Source of the DNA: Trichinella spiralis
Lineage: Eukaryota
NCBI RefSeq assembly: GCF_000181795.1
Contig: NW_003526944.1
Coordinates: 615,383 to 679,382 of the forward strand
Direction: 5' to 3'
DNA length: 64,000 nt
Shown: positions 1-14,050 of the stretch, one piece after another
Layout of the letters: every line of letters begins with the position of its first letter
Numbering within the stretch: position 1 is the stretch's first letter
Notes under the pieces: model-generated
The model's input: the letters and a program-made list of their open reading frames with translations, nothing else
The model's database searches: none
What the model was told of the DNA's origin: nothing
Position numbers and translations under genes: made by a program

Positions 1-1241
1 TATCAGAAACGAACAATTGGCCTTGTTATGTGGTAAGCAATTGCACAATATTCTTTTCATAATTCACTGCTTTGTTATTGAATGGGCGTTTTATTTATTT
101 ATTTATTTATTTATTTTCAATAATGCGCTGTTTTGTAACATTTTTTCCAAACATACAACTATCAGCGTATTTGTTGTTTTTTTCTGCTTTCTTTTTTTTG
201 TTCATTAACTTTAAGGAAAATTATATTTTTACATTTTCAGCATACTTACTGGTTGCTTAGTTAGTTAGTGTTCATTCAATAATCTTCGGTCGATTGTTCT
301 TTTTTTCGGGAGAATTATTTCAATTATTGATCAATCTATCTCTATTTTTGATTTTTATTTATCATATGTGTAACAACTGGACGCGTGGTACATGTGTTCG
401 TATAAAAATATATTATTGAAGTTTATGGCACTTAGTGGTGATCATGAGAAAGTGATAAATTTCCTCAAATAGCCACTACCTGTATCTATACTAACCTTGT
501 TGCTGACGCGACCCTGATGCTTAGAATGAGAGAGCCATTTTTATATTCTCATTTCAGTAAATTATAAAGTGATTGAATGGAAATGCTGATAGTGTACAAT
601 GTTCTTTTTTTACCAAGCACATTACCGTGACCGTATGGGAAAATGCCCGTGTCCTCGTTGAAGGACAAAGCAGTGACCCACAGTGGACTTGTGCTATTGC
701 GCAGACCGTCAGCTGTCGATCATTTGACCGGCCCGTTCAGCTGACCGCAATTTATTTGACTCTGTCAGTGTATTCTACTGTCAGGAAGCGAATTGTAACT
801 AACATTATAACTTTGACCAGTGGTCAATTTTTCTCTGCTGAAATCACAAGGGAGCCGGAAATGACCATGATGAAGTCATCAATCGCGGTAGAATCTCCCA
901 GACACCTGTTCCTACTTAGTTTAGTTTAGTTTAATTTAATTTAGTTGTTTCAATGATGTCGGCTTTGTTTTATTTATTGAGCAATTAGAATGAATAAAAT
1001 GGGGGATCTATTTTAGCTCAATTCTAATCAAAAATAACATTTTCAAAGAAAATTACAATGAAATTGTATTTCAAAAATATATATATATATGAACAACAAT
1101 GTATTTGTTGTTATTGATTGGCAAATGTTGCATGAAGATTTAAAAGCATATTTCAAAGATAATATTCTTGTGAAAACACTGAACTTTCATTTTTACACAA
1201 CTTTTAAACAGAACTAATTAATATTTAATTGATTTATTTAG

Positions 1242-2625
1242 AGCTTGGATTTTGGACGTCGCCTACCAATAACGTACAGCATTCAATTTTTGGAAATGAC
1301 GGGCTTGTCTTTATTAAACAATGATGCTCAATTGTTTTTATACGTGTGCGATTCAACTCGGGGCCAAGATTTGTGCAAATTTCCTCGATATAAAATACCC
1401 GTGTTCAATGGTTACATGCCTCCGACGGTAGAAGCACAGTAAGTGGAAAAAATTGAAAATTGTCCATTTGGGAAGTTTGAACATTTTTAATTTTCATTTA
1501 TCACAGAAATACGGGAGGAAGTTTGTGGATTGGACTCCGAAGCGAAGGGTCCAACATTACGTTGAATGAAACCGTGAATGTTGTGATGAAGATTCATGCC
1601 AATTTTGGAGGTAAGTGAAAAGGCTACATGAATAAAATAGCTTTTCGGCAACGGTGATTTATTTCAGATCAAGTGTTCTATGGATTGAATGTGAGCAATT
1701 CTCGAATTACCGACAATTTTGGAACAGGAGTGTATGTGGAAAATATGCGCGATCGAACTGTTATAAACAACGTCACCATTTTGAGAAATCAGCACGTGGC
1801 TGGTTTGCATGTTTGTGAAGGAGTTGGAGATATTTGGGTCAATAACAGTTTAATATTGGACAACTGGGGTGATGGGATTAATATCACCTACACTGGCGGT
1901 TCTACAGTGATCAACGGCACTCAGCTGAGCCGGAACAGGATGCGCGGCTTTGCGTTGCACCAAAGTTTGCGTGGAAAATTTTTAGCCCTGAAGCAGGAAG
2001 TTGTTTTCAAAGGTCGACCGGCGACGAATACCGATTACACGCCGACCAAAGTTGAAGAAAATTGGTGGGGTGGAATATTGGTTGGCAACTTTTGCACCAG
2101 CGATTCCAATTACTGGTTGGGTGATCCGAAAGTGATCATCAGCTATGTGGAAATGGTCGGCAATCGTTATCATCCGTCCTTTGAATATCACTCTTGTCAA
2201 CGCGAAAAGCAGCCAATTACCGAAGTTGAAATAAGCGGATCTGTTTGTCGACTTGCCACTGGTTTCTGTGTACGCGTGCAGCCGGCCGTCAATCTCCGTA
2301 TGGATATCAACGACAATCGATTCATACGCAACGAACGAGCTGTACTTTTGATCCGTAATCGCGACCATCCCCAGCTGTTCCACTTGCCGGCCAGAGTTTC
2401 AATAACGCGCAATCAAATGAAATACAACAGGGGATATTTCATCGTCAGTGTCGGCTTGAACGACCGCTCGCCGGTGCAAAATCTCACATTCCACATGCAA
2501 AATGAGATCAAAGAAAACGAAGTGATCAATCCATTTCCACTGCTCAACACCCGTACCCTCCCGCACGCTGCGATGATTGTCTCATCTTCGAATGTTATGC
2601 TCAGGTGAGCTGTTTTTTTTTATAC

Positions 2626-2657
<32 letters not shown>

Positions 2658-5600
2658 TGTCTTATTATTATTATTTCACGTTCATTTTAAATGATTTTAC
2701 TTTTTCAGACGCAACTGTTTTCATAATCCGAAAGCAGAATTTGAAATTGCCACCGACTTGGACGATCATTCTCGCGTTATTGATGCTCGTGAAAATAACT
2801 GGGGCCACACCCAACCAGCGTCGTTCATGTACAAAATTTTCGACCAATTCAAGCGCTACACGCTTGCTCGATTCGACATCAACCCGTACGCGGCGGTGTG
2901 CAATTCGCAAAATCCCAAAATGACCGAACTGATGAATTTTTTTCGCCAATTTCGAACTGCCTCCCATCCGTACGTTATTGGCGGCACAATATACGAGAAC
3001 ACCGACTTGTCGAAAGGGGTCTACACGGTGGTCGACGATTTGCACATTTCGCCTGGTGCAGTGTTGACTTTGCAACCCGGCACTGTACTGCAGTTCGCTG
3101 ACGGCATCGGGATGCTTGTCCAAGGGGAACTGCTTCGTGCCGATTATCAAGGAAGCAGCGAACCGATTCTGTTCACTTTGGACAAACGAGATCCAATTAG
3201 CGTGCCGAATATACGGTTGGTCCAAGACGATTCCGAACGGTCCACATTGGCACCCGCAAGTGGACGATTGGAAGTGTTCGTTGACGGTGAATGGGGAACG
3301 GTGTGCAATCGAAGTTGGACGGTCGAATTGGCCGCCGTCGCTTGCAATCAACTCGGGATGGTGTTGGATCCGGAATTTTTGGAAAATTGGGTAGTCTACC
3401 CGCCGCCTGGTAATTTGCCGATAATTTTCGACAATATCCGTTGCGAAGAATTGGAATACGACATCACCAAGTGTCGACACGACGGTCGGAATGAATCGGT
3501 CCATCTTTCGTGCAAGCCCACCGACATTGTCGGTTTGAGGTGCGTGGAACCGAAATGGGCCGGTGTTCGTTATTCACTTCTCGCCAATCCGGCCATGGTG
3601 ACCGGCCAGACAACTATTCGACATTTGATCATTGAAAAAGCTGGCCTGCTCGACTTTCGACAACCCACGTTCACGGCCGCTTTTCAAATCGACTGGAATT
3701 ATCATCTATTTGAATATTTGACAGTCAGGGACAATTTCTGGACCGGAGTGGATATTCTGTACAATGATCCGGTGAAAAAGCCCAAATTAGCCCACTGTAC
3801 GTTCGTGCGAAATCGTCGACACGGTCTGCGACTTCGATCAGCCGGCATCACTTTGGAAAATGTGACGCTGATCGACAACGAAAATGCCGGTCTCAGGTTC
3901 AACCCTTTGCTGACGCGTAAAACTCAACGCGACGTTTATTCTTGGCTTCGGCGTAGCGACGCTGCCTATCAGGACACCACCATTGTCGACATACCCAGTA
4001 GAACGGTGACGGTGAGATTTTTCTTTATTTTTTTTGTCGTATCAATAATTGTAAATTTCCCACGGAAAAAATTATTATTTGTCGATGTTTCAGGAAATTC
4101 AGTTGTCTCCATCGTCGAGAGAGCAGCGTCGATTTATCGTTTCGAAAGCTTCGGCCTGCGACGGCAGTTTTGCACAGGATTGTGCTTATGATCTGACTAT
4201 ACGGACGTCGTTGAATTTCGGACGTATTGGTATTCAGCTTGTCAATCGACCTTCGAACAGCAGCGACGAAAATGTGCTCATTTACGACCATGGCCAAATA
4301 GCCCGTACGATCAGCTTGCGTGACAATTTTATTGAATTCCCTTTTGTAACATCCGGCGGTGTGGTTAAACTGCATTATAGTAGAAGTTATGGGCCGGCCA
4401 GGATTGCTTTGCTCGTATTCCATTTGAACAATTTTGAATATTTGGATCCGTTTTTGCACATGCGTGCCTGCACAATTGAAAACAATCAGTACGGCGTTTC
4501 TGCTATACATTATTCGAGTTTTTATCGTGTTGACGACGGGAGCATTTTGTTGCGCAATCGTCGTACTCAACTTTGGTTTCACAAGAGCAATTTTACCAGA
4601 AATAGTCAAGCGGTGATTTGGGTCAACGGACCTCTTCTATTCGACGCTAGCCAATCGTCACCGGTCGCCGTTATTGAATATTTCATTGACAATTGTTCGG
4701 TGGCGTTGAACAATGGCAGCATTATTGAAACCCACCGTGATTTGCATCGATCCGCGAACGCGTTCAAATGGAAGGTGTGGCAGTCGACCATGTTGGACAA
4801 TCGTGACAGTGGGATGTCGATAGCTTTGCCGGATCCCCATTATTTGGACCCGAATTTTGAGCATCGCTTTGAACTGCGCGAAACACGTTTCCAAGACAAT
4901 GAAAATTTCCACTTGGAACTTTCCGGATATTTGGCTTGGGTGAATATCAGTTCAAATAATTTTACCAGAAATCGAGCTCGTGACGGGCACGGTTTGATCA
5001 AATTGACCGGCATGGAAAAAGAATTGATCATGGAAAGAAACCGGTGGCGGTACAATCGTTGTCGATGGGTAGTTTCGTACGACATCAAGAGCCACGCCCT
5101 TTTCAAAACCAAAGTTGCGGCAAGGGTGTTTTACAACTACTTTTTCGACAATTACTTTCTGTCTCCGGAAGATGAATATGCGGAAAATTGGCCTCGAAGT
5201 TTCGCTTTTGGACTGTTCGGCTTGCAGCAGGTCGACTTGCACTACAACAATTTTCGCAATCATTTGTTGGATTTTGAAGCAGTCGCCGGTTTGAAAGGTG
5301 CCATGCTTAAAACCAGAGCCAATTTTTCCCACAACTATTGGGGTAGGGATAGCCGGGCGGCGATTGTGCAACGAATTTTTGATTTTGACGACTGGAATAT
5401 ATTCTCTCTGGCTGAATACAATCCCTACTTTGTCACCGAAGAGAGATCTTTGAATTGGGAATGGCGTCCTGCGGACGCCCAGCTGGGCACGCTCGACTAC
5501 GAACAGCCGAGCGTGTACGATTTGCACGGTCGTCTGTTCAAATCGTTGACAATGAAACGCCAGCGGGAAAAGTGGACCATTTTCCCCTACTGGTACAAGC

Positions 5601-8600
5601 CGGACAAGCCGTATTATATTCGCAAAGATTTGACAATCATGCCCGGTGCCACTTTGACCATCGAACCTGGCGTCGAGGTCCACATCTATCCGAACGTGCG
5701 TATACTAGTGCTGGGCACGCTGATTGCCCAGGGCACGTTCTGGGACCCGATACGATTGAAGCCGATAAATTTGACTGACATCCAACGACCCAAACAGCCC
5801 ACCAGTGCCACCCGTTGGCGACGCGATGCTATATACAGAATGTTTCCGTTGTTGAAACGTTACGATTCGTTTTATCAAAAATTCGACGTCCATCTGACCG
5901 ACAGTTTGGATCCAAGTTTGGGATTTTTGGAAATCAAAAATATGACAACCGGTGAACTGGTGCCCGTCTGCGACCGTCAGTTCACCAGACGCAACGCCGA
6001 AGTGGTCTGCCGAGAACTTGGCATGGAGACGCGCAATGTGCACGTTCGAATCGGTCCACGGTGGAATTACAATCCGAAGTTGAAAATTGTCAAATCTTAT
6101 CCCGAACCGAGACAGTGCTATGGTCACGAGGGTCGGCTGTCCGACTGCGCTCTGCGTCTCAGTTCTGACGAGACGTTGTGGCGTTGTGTGGATTCTGAAC
6201 ATTTTGTTTTCATCCACTGCGGCAAATCGGTCGCTTTGGACTCGAATTACGTCGGCCACTGGGGTGGTCTGATGTTCGGATATCAGTCGGCCGAGACCCA
6301 TGCAGCAGTTGGGTAAGCGAGGAAAGATTGATTTTCTTGTTCTGTTGGGCTTGCATTTTTTTTTCTATTTTCTCTGTAGCACGAACGGCGGCAGTGTATT
6401 GCGGCATGTGGAAATTGTTGGCGCCGGTCAAGCGCACAACGATTCCAGCGCTGCCGTCACCGTTGTACGCCGGGGTGTGGTCATGGACCACGTCAACGTG
6501 ACCAACTGCTCGATGCACGGTATAGACGTGGTGGCGCCCAGGGAGCAGGTGATTTTTGTGAAAATGAACGTGACGGACAATTTTGGAGTTGGACTGCGTC
6601 TTTTGGGTGTGAATTCGCTGGCCGGTTCAAGTATTCCGCCACTGTTCGGCGAAGTTCCATTTCCGTACCATATGTTCGGCATTTTGGAATTTTGTTCAGT
6701 CGACAAGCGGATACTGGTCGAACAGCGCATGTTCGTCTATTTCAAATACGACAGCTATCCCGTGGACTGCTTGAAAACGTTCGTTAGCGTCAATTCTGCT
6801 AAGCAGCTCGAATTCAAATTGCTCGTCGCCAATCTCTACAACGTCGTCGACAACGCAGTACGCCCGGATCGCATCACTCTTTACGACGGGCATCATGTGG
6901 ACAATGGAAAAATTTTGGGTATCGGTTGTTGTTGTTGATGCTTTTTCTATTTCAAATTTATCTGTCTCTTTCGTACTGTGTAGGTATTTACGGAAGTTCG
7001 AAATTGATGCTTGGACAGCACGCAATTCGAAGTGAAACATCCGAACTTACGGTCCATTTGAAAGCCAACGCCGCCGACGGAACTTACGGCTTTTTGGCCG
7101 AAGTAGTGACGGTGCCGGCGCCTCCAGAGCCGTGTATGTGGTTTTTTCTTCTTCTTTTCAATTTTTGTTTTTTTGCATTTCATTTTTTGCATCTGTACAT
7201 AATTGAACACCAATTTCAGCCCCATTACGACAAATTACGTTGCGCGAAGTTCGTTTCGAACGCAATGACCGAGGTGCTGTCCGGTACGCTTGTACTGGCG
7301 ACATCAATCCGGATGTCGAGGTCGATTTTTGCAGTTTCAATTTCAACGGCTACCATCTTTGGGGCAATTTCACTACCAACGACGGCGCTCTGAAAATGGC
7401 CCTGTACAATACGCAAAATTTGCGTCTGGAAAATTCCATGTTTTTCCGCAATCCTGGTGCTGTTCACATCACCGCTTCGAGCAGCAGCCCGTCGGCACGG
7501 CTGGTCGGTCTGGTGCGCAATTGCGCATTCGGCAACAATTACAATTCCGAGTCGCTGGTGCTCGACGGTTGGGATTATCAGAAATTTTACGTTGTCAACA
7601 ATTTTTTCGGTCGCAATTGGGCCCCGTACCACGATACCGTCTACGTTGGTCAAGTTTGGGCCAACTTTACGCACAACACTTTCTACAACAACACCGGCAC
7701 TCACATTGTTCATCTGGGCGGATACAGGGACGTGTCGACGGAATTTCAAATTTTCTACAAAAATGTCCTCTACGACAACATCGCCACTGGTCACGGATAC
7801 CACTATCCGGCAAGTTATGGCTATTTTGGTCACAAGCAGCCCGCCTACGTCAGCAGCCAATTGAGAAAGAGGCGAGACGTTTCGCAAATTTACCGAACGG
7901 GATCTTCGTCGACCAGCTTCGAATGGTGGGCGAACGTCGGCGACCAGGCCGAACGATACCACAGTACAGTGTTCGCGGCGAGTGCTCAAGAAAAATTTGA
8001 ACTCAACTTATTCAACAATCCGAACAACGATTTCGAACTGACCACGGCGGCGAAAAATCCCACCGACGCCTACACCGGTCCGTTGGATGCTCGAGGTAAT
8101 CATTGGGGTTCGACTGGCACCGCTGCTGTCGCCAGTGGCAAGATACGCGACGGCAACGACTACGACTATTTGATCCCTGTTGACCATTTGCCCGTGATCG
8201 AGTCGAACACTTCGCTCATAGACGGTGAGTGATTTTGTCTGAATTTTGTGTTTTTTTACCAACGTTCAGAACAAACAACACTCTTCTGTTCAGTAACATT
8301 TTTCTGGTTTCAAAAAGCATTTCATTTGATTTTTTGTTGTTTCAAATTCAGGATTCTGTCCTCCCGGATGGTTCCAAGCCGGCTATGAAGAATGGAAATC
8401 ATTTCAGTCTTGCTTTTTGTTTGTTCCTGGAGCTGTTTCATATTCGGTTGCTCAACAATTTTGCAAAGTGCGTTGTCGAACACAGCAAGTGTTCACGTTT
8501 TTATGATTTCACATTTCTCAATTGCTTTTGTTTTTTATTTTCTCTTTCTGCCTTGCACAGGACCAAGGTGCGTACATGCCATTTTTTCGTGACCAGGATC

Positions 8601-8696
8601 GTCGTCTCGCCCCACTGGCGTCCAAAGTCGATGAAATGAATCGTGAATTTGCAATTCCATTTGAAAGATTCATTCCCCACATGGTAAGTGCGCATC

Positions 8697-8728
<32 letters not shown>

Positions 8729-10507
8729 AATTGTTTTACGAAACATTTTATAATTTTCAATTTCTGTATCTCTTTTTTCTTTCAAACAGCAAACCTATGA
8801 AACGAGATTTTGGATTAGCAGCATTGTGGTACCGCCTGAAAAGTGCGGCTATTTGAGTTCCAGTACCGGCGGTATTGGTATTTACAACTGTGAAGACGTG
8901 TTGCCGTTCGTCTGCGAAAAGGGTCCCAAACCTTACGAAGAGCCTTTGTACTGGCAACCTGCCGGCATTGTTGCCATAATTATTGCCGTACTGTTGGTAC
9001 TGCTTGTCACTGTGCTCGGCTTGTTGTGGTGGTTGAAATCGAAACGACGCAAGGAGGAATTTTTCGAACGCAAAAGTTCCCTCAGAGCTTCAATAAGGTC
9101 GTTCAAATTGGCCCAAGCGAAACTGCGACAAGAACAAAGTATTGTTGAAGTGGAACGTGAAAAAGCACGTCCGCCAAGTCCTGATTTGATTGAAATTGCT
9201 CATCGAAATTTGGTGCTCGGTTCGAAAAGTTTGGAATCGTTGAACAACAGTCGCATTGTGGTCACAACGACAACCACCACAAGCCCGTATACGGTCAGCA
9301 AGTTGTTGTCCAATTCGTCGTTGATGAAATTGAACAACAATGAAAGTAGCTATGATTCGTACACGTCGTCGACAATTTATCAAAATGGTACTTTCACGAC
9401 CAAAGGAAGCTGTCTGAGGACGTCGCCGTCGAGTAGCTATTGTGAATCGGCTTACAGAAGTGATTTTTCCCATTCTTCGGAAACATCCTCTCTGACCGGC
9501 GGTACGCCGTCGTTTAAAAGTTTTCGCTCTAAAGCAGCAGCAGCACCACCACCACCAAGACCGGCACTTCCGGTTCGTTCTGCTCCGTTGCCAAGTAAGA
9601 AAACAGCGGTTGTGTTTATGCTCGCTAGTGGGCTTAATTATTACGATTTTCCTTTTTTCTTTAATATGGTCCAATTAATTATTAATATCTTTTCTCTCTA
9701 TCTCACATGTTGTGTATTTGTTGCGTACTGTAGATAGTATGTTTGTGTGGAATGGATTGACGTTAAAAAAGGACATTCTATTAATAATAATTTATAATCA
9801 TAGATCTAACGACAAAACGTGACAACCTGGTCAGACGAAATGACACTAGCGTTTCCAATGCCACTACCACTACAGAAAGTTGTGCTACATGTCAAACTGG
9901 AACCACAACACTGTCTTACGATACCAATTGCTCGGTTTGTCGTGAGAAGTTGGACGAAAATCGTTCCAGCACTTATTTCAGCAGCACCTGCACCGATTCC
10001 AACGCCACGTTGACTGTCCGTGATTCAGCGTCCACTTGTCCACCGGAATCGACAATAACCCAGTCGTCGAGCACAAGCACGTCGGACGAGTGCAGTTCGA
10101 CTGTCCGATCGCCAGTTCGATGTAGGCGTGCTGTAGGCCAGTGCAGTCGAGATACGTTGCAAAGTGAAAATTTGAAGCTCTACTGCGAACAGCCGTTGTC
10201 GTCCGATGTGTACAGTGACGTGCCTTCGATTTACGGATGTCGACGCAGTCGTGCACCGATCTGCTTCAAGGACAGGTCGGCACCTGACCTAACGTACACG
10301 TCCACGTTCGGCGCATCTGCATCACGTCCAGACGCTGTTGATTCGGTGTACCAGTCCGAGTTGGCACCGATGGCGTCGAATCCGTCGTCTAGATCTTTGA
10401 GCCAACTTTATTCTCCTTGGACTCCGCCCGACTTGGACACTTTTAGCAGGTCTAGCCAGTGCAGCAGCGCAGACGAAAAGCCAAAACCCCTAGAAACTGC
10501 CATGTAG
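1242..10507 (+). CDS. bark: Protein bark beetle/Anakonda-like large type I membrane protein (parallel beta-helix, SRCR, CUB-like, C-type lectin, TM, PDZ-binding tail); 5'-truncated, upstream exons outside or unresolved
   Basis: Hand-spliced, frame-consistent GT-AG exons: 1242-1438, 1507-1610, 1668-2604, 2709-4011, 4094-6312, 6380-6918, 6984-7133, 7220-8224, 8352-8467, 8561-8683, 8790-9594, 9804-10507. SRCR motifs GRLEVFVDGEWGTVCNRSW and AEVVCRELG, Asn-ladder beta-helix repeats, CTL domain (CPPGWF...CFLFV...AQQFCK...LPFVCEK), TM AGIVAIIIAVLLVLLVTVLGLLWWL followed by KSKRRK, Ser-rich tail ending KPLETAM*. Confidence 0.85.
2627..2656. repeat. (AAT)n microsatellite in bark intron
   Basis: Run of taataataa... 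read directly. Confidence 0.9.
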
Positions 10508-10791
10508 TGCCACGGTTGTTTTATTTATCGAAATTGTTGCAGCGTTGTTTGTATTCTTTTTTTTCTGTTGTTGTTGCTTATCAGCGCCCATTGTGCACAA
10601 CTTGTACCGGTCAATCATGAATAATTCTCTCTTACAAAGTACAACAAGTAAAATTATCAAATTTCGACTAATTTTTATTACCAACTTCCAAAGTCCAAAC
10701 CGAACTTCCAAGTCTAGTGCTGCAGTTGTGAAGAGCATGCCTGCTATTCATCCAGTTGACGATGAACGGAAAGGAATTCCTTCACATTGTA

Positions 10792-10793
<2 letters not shown>

Positions 10794-10832
<39 letters not shown>

Positions 10833-10841
10833 TATCATCAT
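10794..10841. repeat. (CAT)n microsatellite in probable 3' UTR of bark-like gene
   Basis: About 16 CAT units with one TAT interruption; produces the spurious poly-His in ORF 10545..10937. Confidence 0.9.
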
Positions 10842-11479
10842 CTGATGCAAGGTAGCCTGCTTTATTTATCCATTGTTGACACTCACTCATCTCATATTTT
10901 TTCTTTTAAACTCATCACAAACGGCCAATATATATAATAATATGACACGCGACAGTTTGCAGTATAATGGATTTATTACTACTTCTCTATTATTGATTAA
11001 GATGAAATTTTTCATTCCATAAAACATCCACTTATCTTTCATCTATATTTTTGTCAGTCCAGAACGTTTGATGAATAATGTAAAAGAAGATTAAGATATT
11101 GTCAGCTGTACTGGAAGAATATTTTTGGTAAGTTTTAATGGTAATTCAGTTGTTTTCTTGAAAGCAAGCATTCAAAAGATTTTCAAAAATTCTATATTAT
11201 TCAAATCAAATAAAGCTGTATATAAATAATGCTAATAATAATAATTATTATTATTATTCTTGCCGTTGTTGTTTTGGTTTTTGCTGTTATTTTTATTGTT
11301 ACGATTTTTAATGCTGTTATATGAAACATAAATGAAAAGACATTACAATCAGCAACTATACGAATCACTTCATCCAATTTACACGTTATTACGATTTGGA
11401 AATTAGGTTAGTATTCTACGTAAGGTATGATACTTTCAATTTGCATAATTTACTTAGCGCTGTAGTAATTTAATTTTCA

Positions 11480-14050
11480 GTGTTATCGCTGCCGACGTCA
11501 TTCTTTCTGCTGAACGAACGCAGTTCGTGCCATTCAAATCCTGGAAGCAATTTCTTGTACAATCAAAGTGTGCTTATTCTTCAACGATCATTATACACAG
11601 TTAGTTATTTGTTGAAGAAAAGCGGTCGAACTACTGCGCCGGATAATCCGCTTATTATTCATGCTTCCATTCAACTTCATAACCTTGGTCAATATTATAC
11701 TGAAAATGCGATCTGATCAGGGGCATCAAGAAAATGGAAAATTCCACGACTCTACGTTTGTATCATACTTCATCACCAACATGAGAGCGGTCAGGTATGA
11801 AGTTTTGAAGTATCTTTGTTGGTTTTTTCTTACTATGCTTTTTTTCTGCTTCTCAGCATACAAAATGCATTAAACATGGCCACTTTTTTCAACTCTGATA
11901 GTACTTCAATTTTAAGTTTTGCGAATTTACTAAAACTTCTTATTTTTAATGACGTTTCAAGAACTGCGTTTTATCAAATACATGATTGATGAAACATTTG
12001 GTTCATTCAATTTTAAATTGTTGCACCTTTTTCATGGTGACTATATATATGTATAGAGAGAGAGAGAAAGAAAGAGAAGCGATTGCAGCTGATCTTCAGG
12101 CTCATCAGCCTACTATTCTGTTATTTTCAAGGTATTCTGAATAGCGTCGCGAAAACACAGTTTAACTGTAGGGAATCTCCATAAATCCACTAATTCATGA
12201 GCAATAACATATTTATTTACGATAGTACTGACGAACGCAATTTCTCTCTGTAATGATAGTTCCTATCCCAGTATAGCTGGCTAATTCTTGTCTAATTCAA
12301 ATGTCTGTTGTGTTGATGAAATGCTGAGGAGGTATCTGCTGATCCTTGGCACTGATTGTGCACAGAATTGTTTTTGCTTGGTATATATAAGTAAGCTGTT
12401 GTGAGCGAGAGAGTATTCATTTACCTTTATGCCTACTTACATTTATATTTTCGACCTTTCAAACTGTCAGAATGGCCCTTATTAACCTTCCTGTCTGCTC
12501 GAAAGTGAATCCTGAAAACTCTATTATGAATTATAATGTACTGTCGATTTATATATACTTGTTTCCCATTATTAAGTAATTAGTTTTATCACCCGGTATC
12601 CAGAAAATACTGATACGTTAAAGACAATGCCTGATTGTTTAGCGTGAAGGTTAAGTTATAGAAAGTGATTCACTTTCGAACTACCTTCACCGTTTCCATC
12701 CTGCAATTCCATATTTCTTTATTTTCTATATCCTTCCCCCTCCCCTTGTCCCACACGATGAATGACGCCCATCCATGCACTCTGAAGCCTTCCCAGAACT
12801 ACACAGTTCTCGCTCATCTGCTGAAAATTCTTATCTCTATTTTCAGTTTTCTGGTGAGCGATCAGTCATGATAACTAAATCTATATCCTACAATTCTTTA
12901 CAACGGTTATCGATTGGTTGTACGTTCTCATGCATGAGGTCTATATCAGCTTTGTGTAATATTGGAATTTTGCAGTGTATGTAAATTGATTTTTTAATTA
13001 TTTTTTACAAGGTAATTTCTAATTCTATTAAACGAGTTATTCTTCCTTAGTTACTTACTAAAAAGCTTCATTCTTTTGAAAATGATGGTTTCTTGAATAA
13101 TTGTTTGTTTTGTCATTTCCATTTGTGCATTTCTTTTAGTCATTTATTCATTGTCACTGTAATTTCTTTTATCTGTTACAGCTTGATGTAGAAAATGAAC
13201 ATTTTTAGCTCATTGAATCTGCACGCTTCATTTTGCAATTGACACTGCACAAAATTCTTGTTGTGAGGTTTACCAAAAATTTTGCTAATTTTATTTAAAT
13301 TAGTTATAAATTTTGAAATGTATAACTTCAATATTATTACGTTTCTTACACTTCATTTCGTAAAAGCTATTTATTATATCACGAAATTTGATTGTTGTAA
13401 CAAAAGCATCATTCATGCTATTTTTTAAATGTATTGTATCACATCATACTTTCAAACAGATTCAATTGTATTTGAAGTGATTATTCGTAATTCGCAATGC
13501 CGCAGGTCAGCGTGTTTTCATACATACTACTAAAATTTACTGAATTTACATACTACTAAAATTTTGCATAATGTTCAGTACGTATGTGAATACGTAATAA
13601 CAGCCATCGTTTAATATGTTTGTTCACTATATTTATGACGCGGCGCTATTACTGATCGTAAATTAGGTTGTTCTACCTGAGGCATAGTGGTTTTGATTAT
13701 TTGCATAATTTACGTATTACTGCGCACCATTTCAGAGTACTTTGTTCGTATTCAGTTGCTCTGTTCAATGCAATGTCAGCACACGTTACGTGGTCAACGA
13801 TAATTCTGCTCTTTTATGCCATCTATGATTACGCGGTAAGTTACATTCGGTATTGTGATGCGGGTACACTATGCACGTCATTTGCATGATTTTGAAAATA
13901 TAATGAATGGAAACTAATGGGTGTCCGTATTAAAATTACTATTGCTAACTTTTAGATGCTCATCAGATGTTGAATTTGAACAAATATTGCTTTTTTTTAT
14001 TTTCAGATATTTTGAAATTGAAATCTAATTTAGTTTTAGAATGTACAACA
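11480..14050 (+). repeat. Copy A of an old diverged duplicated segment (inverted relative to copy B)
   Basis: Colinear reverse-complement matches to about 22850-24970, e.g. tcatacttcatcaccaacatg (~11763) vs catgttggtgatgaagtatga (~24711), and aaagtgattcactttcg (~12662) vs gaaagtgaaccactttcc (~24177). Boundaries approximate. Confidence 0.75.

Noticed and set aside
573..929. 118 aa ORF upstream of the first visible bark exon
   Set aside because: TTG start, no recognisable domain and no clear frame-compatible splice link to exon 1242; treated as intronic.
1982..9674. Many long antisense and alternate-frame ORFs over the bark-like gene
   Set aside because: Shadow ORFs of a GC-richer coding region; no independent motifs.
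10545..10937. ORF with poly-His tract
   Set aside because: Artefact of the (CAT)n microsatellite in the 3' UTR.
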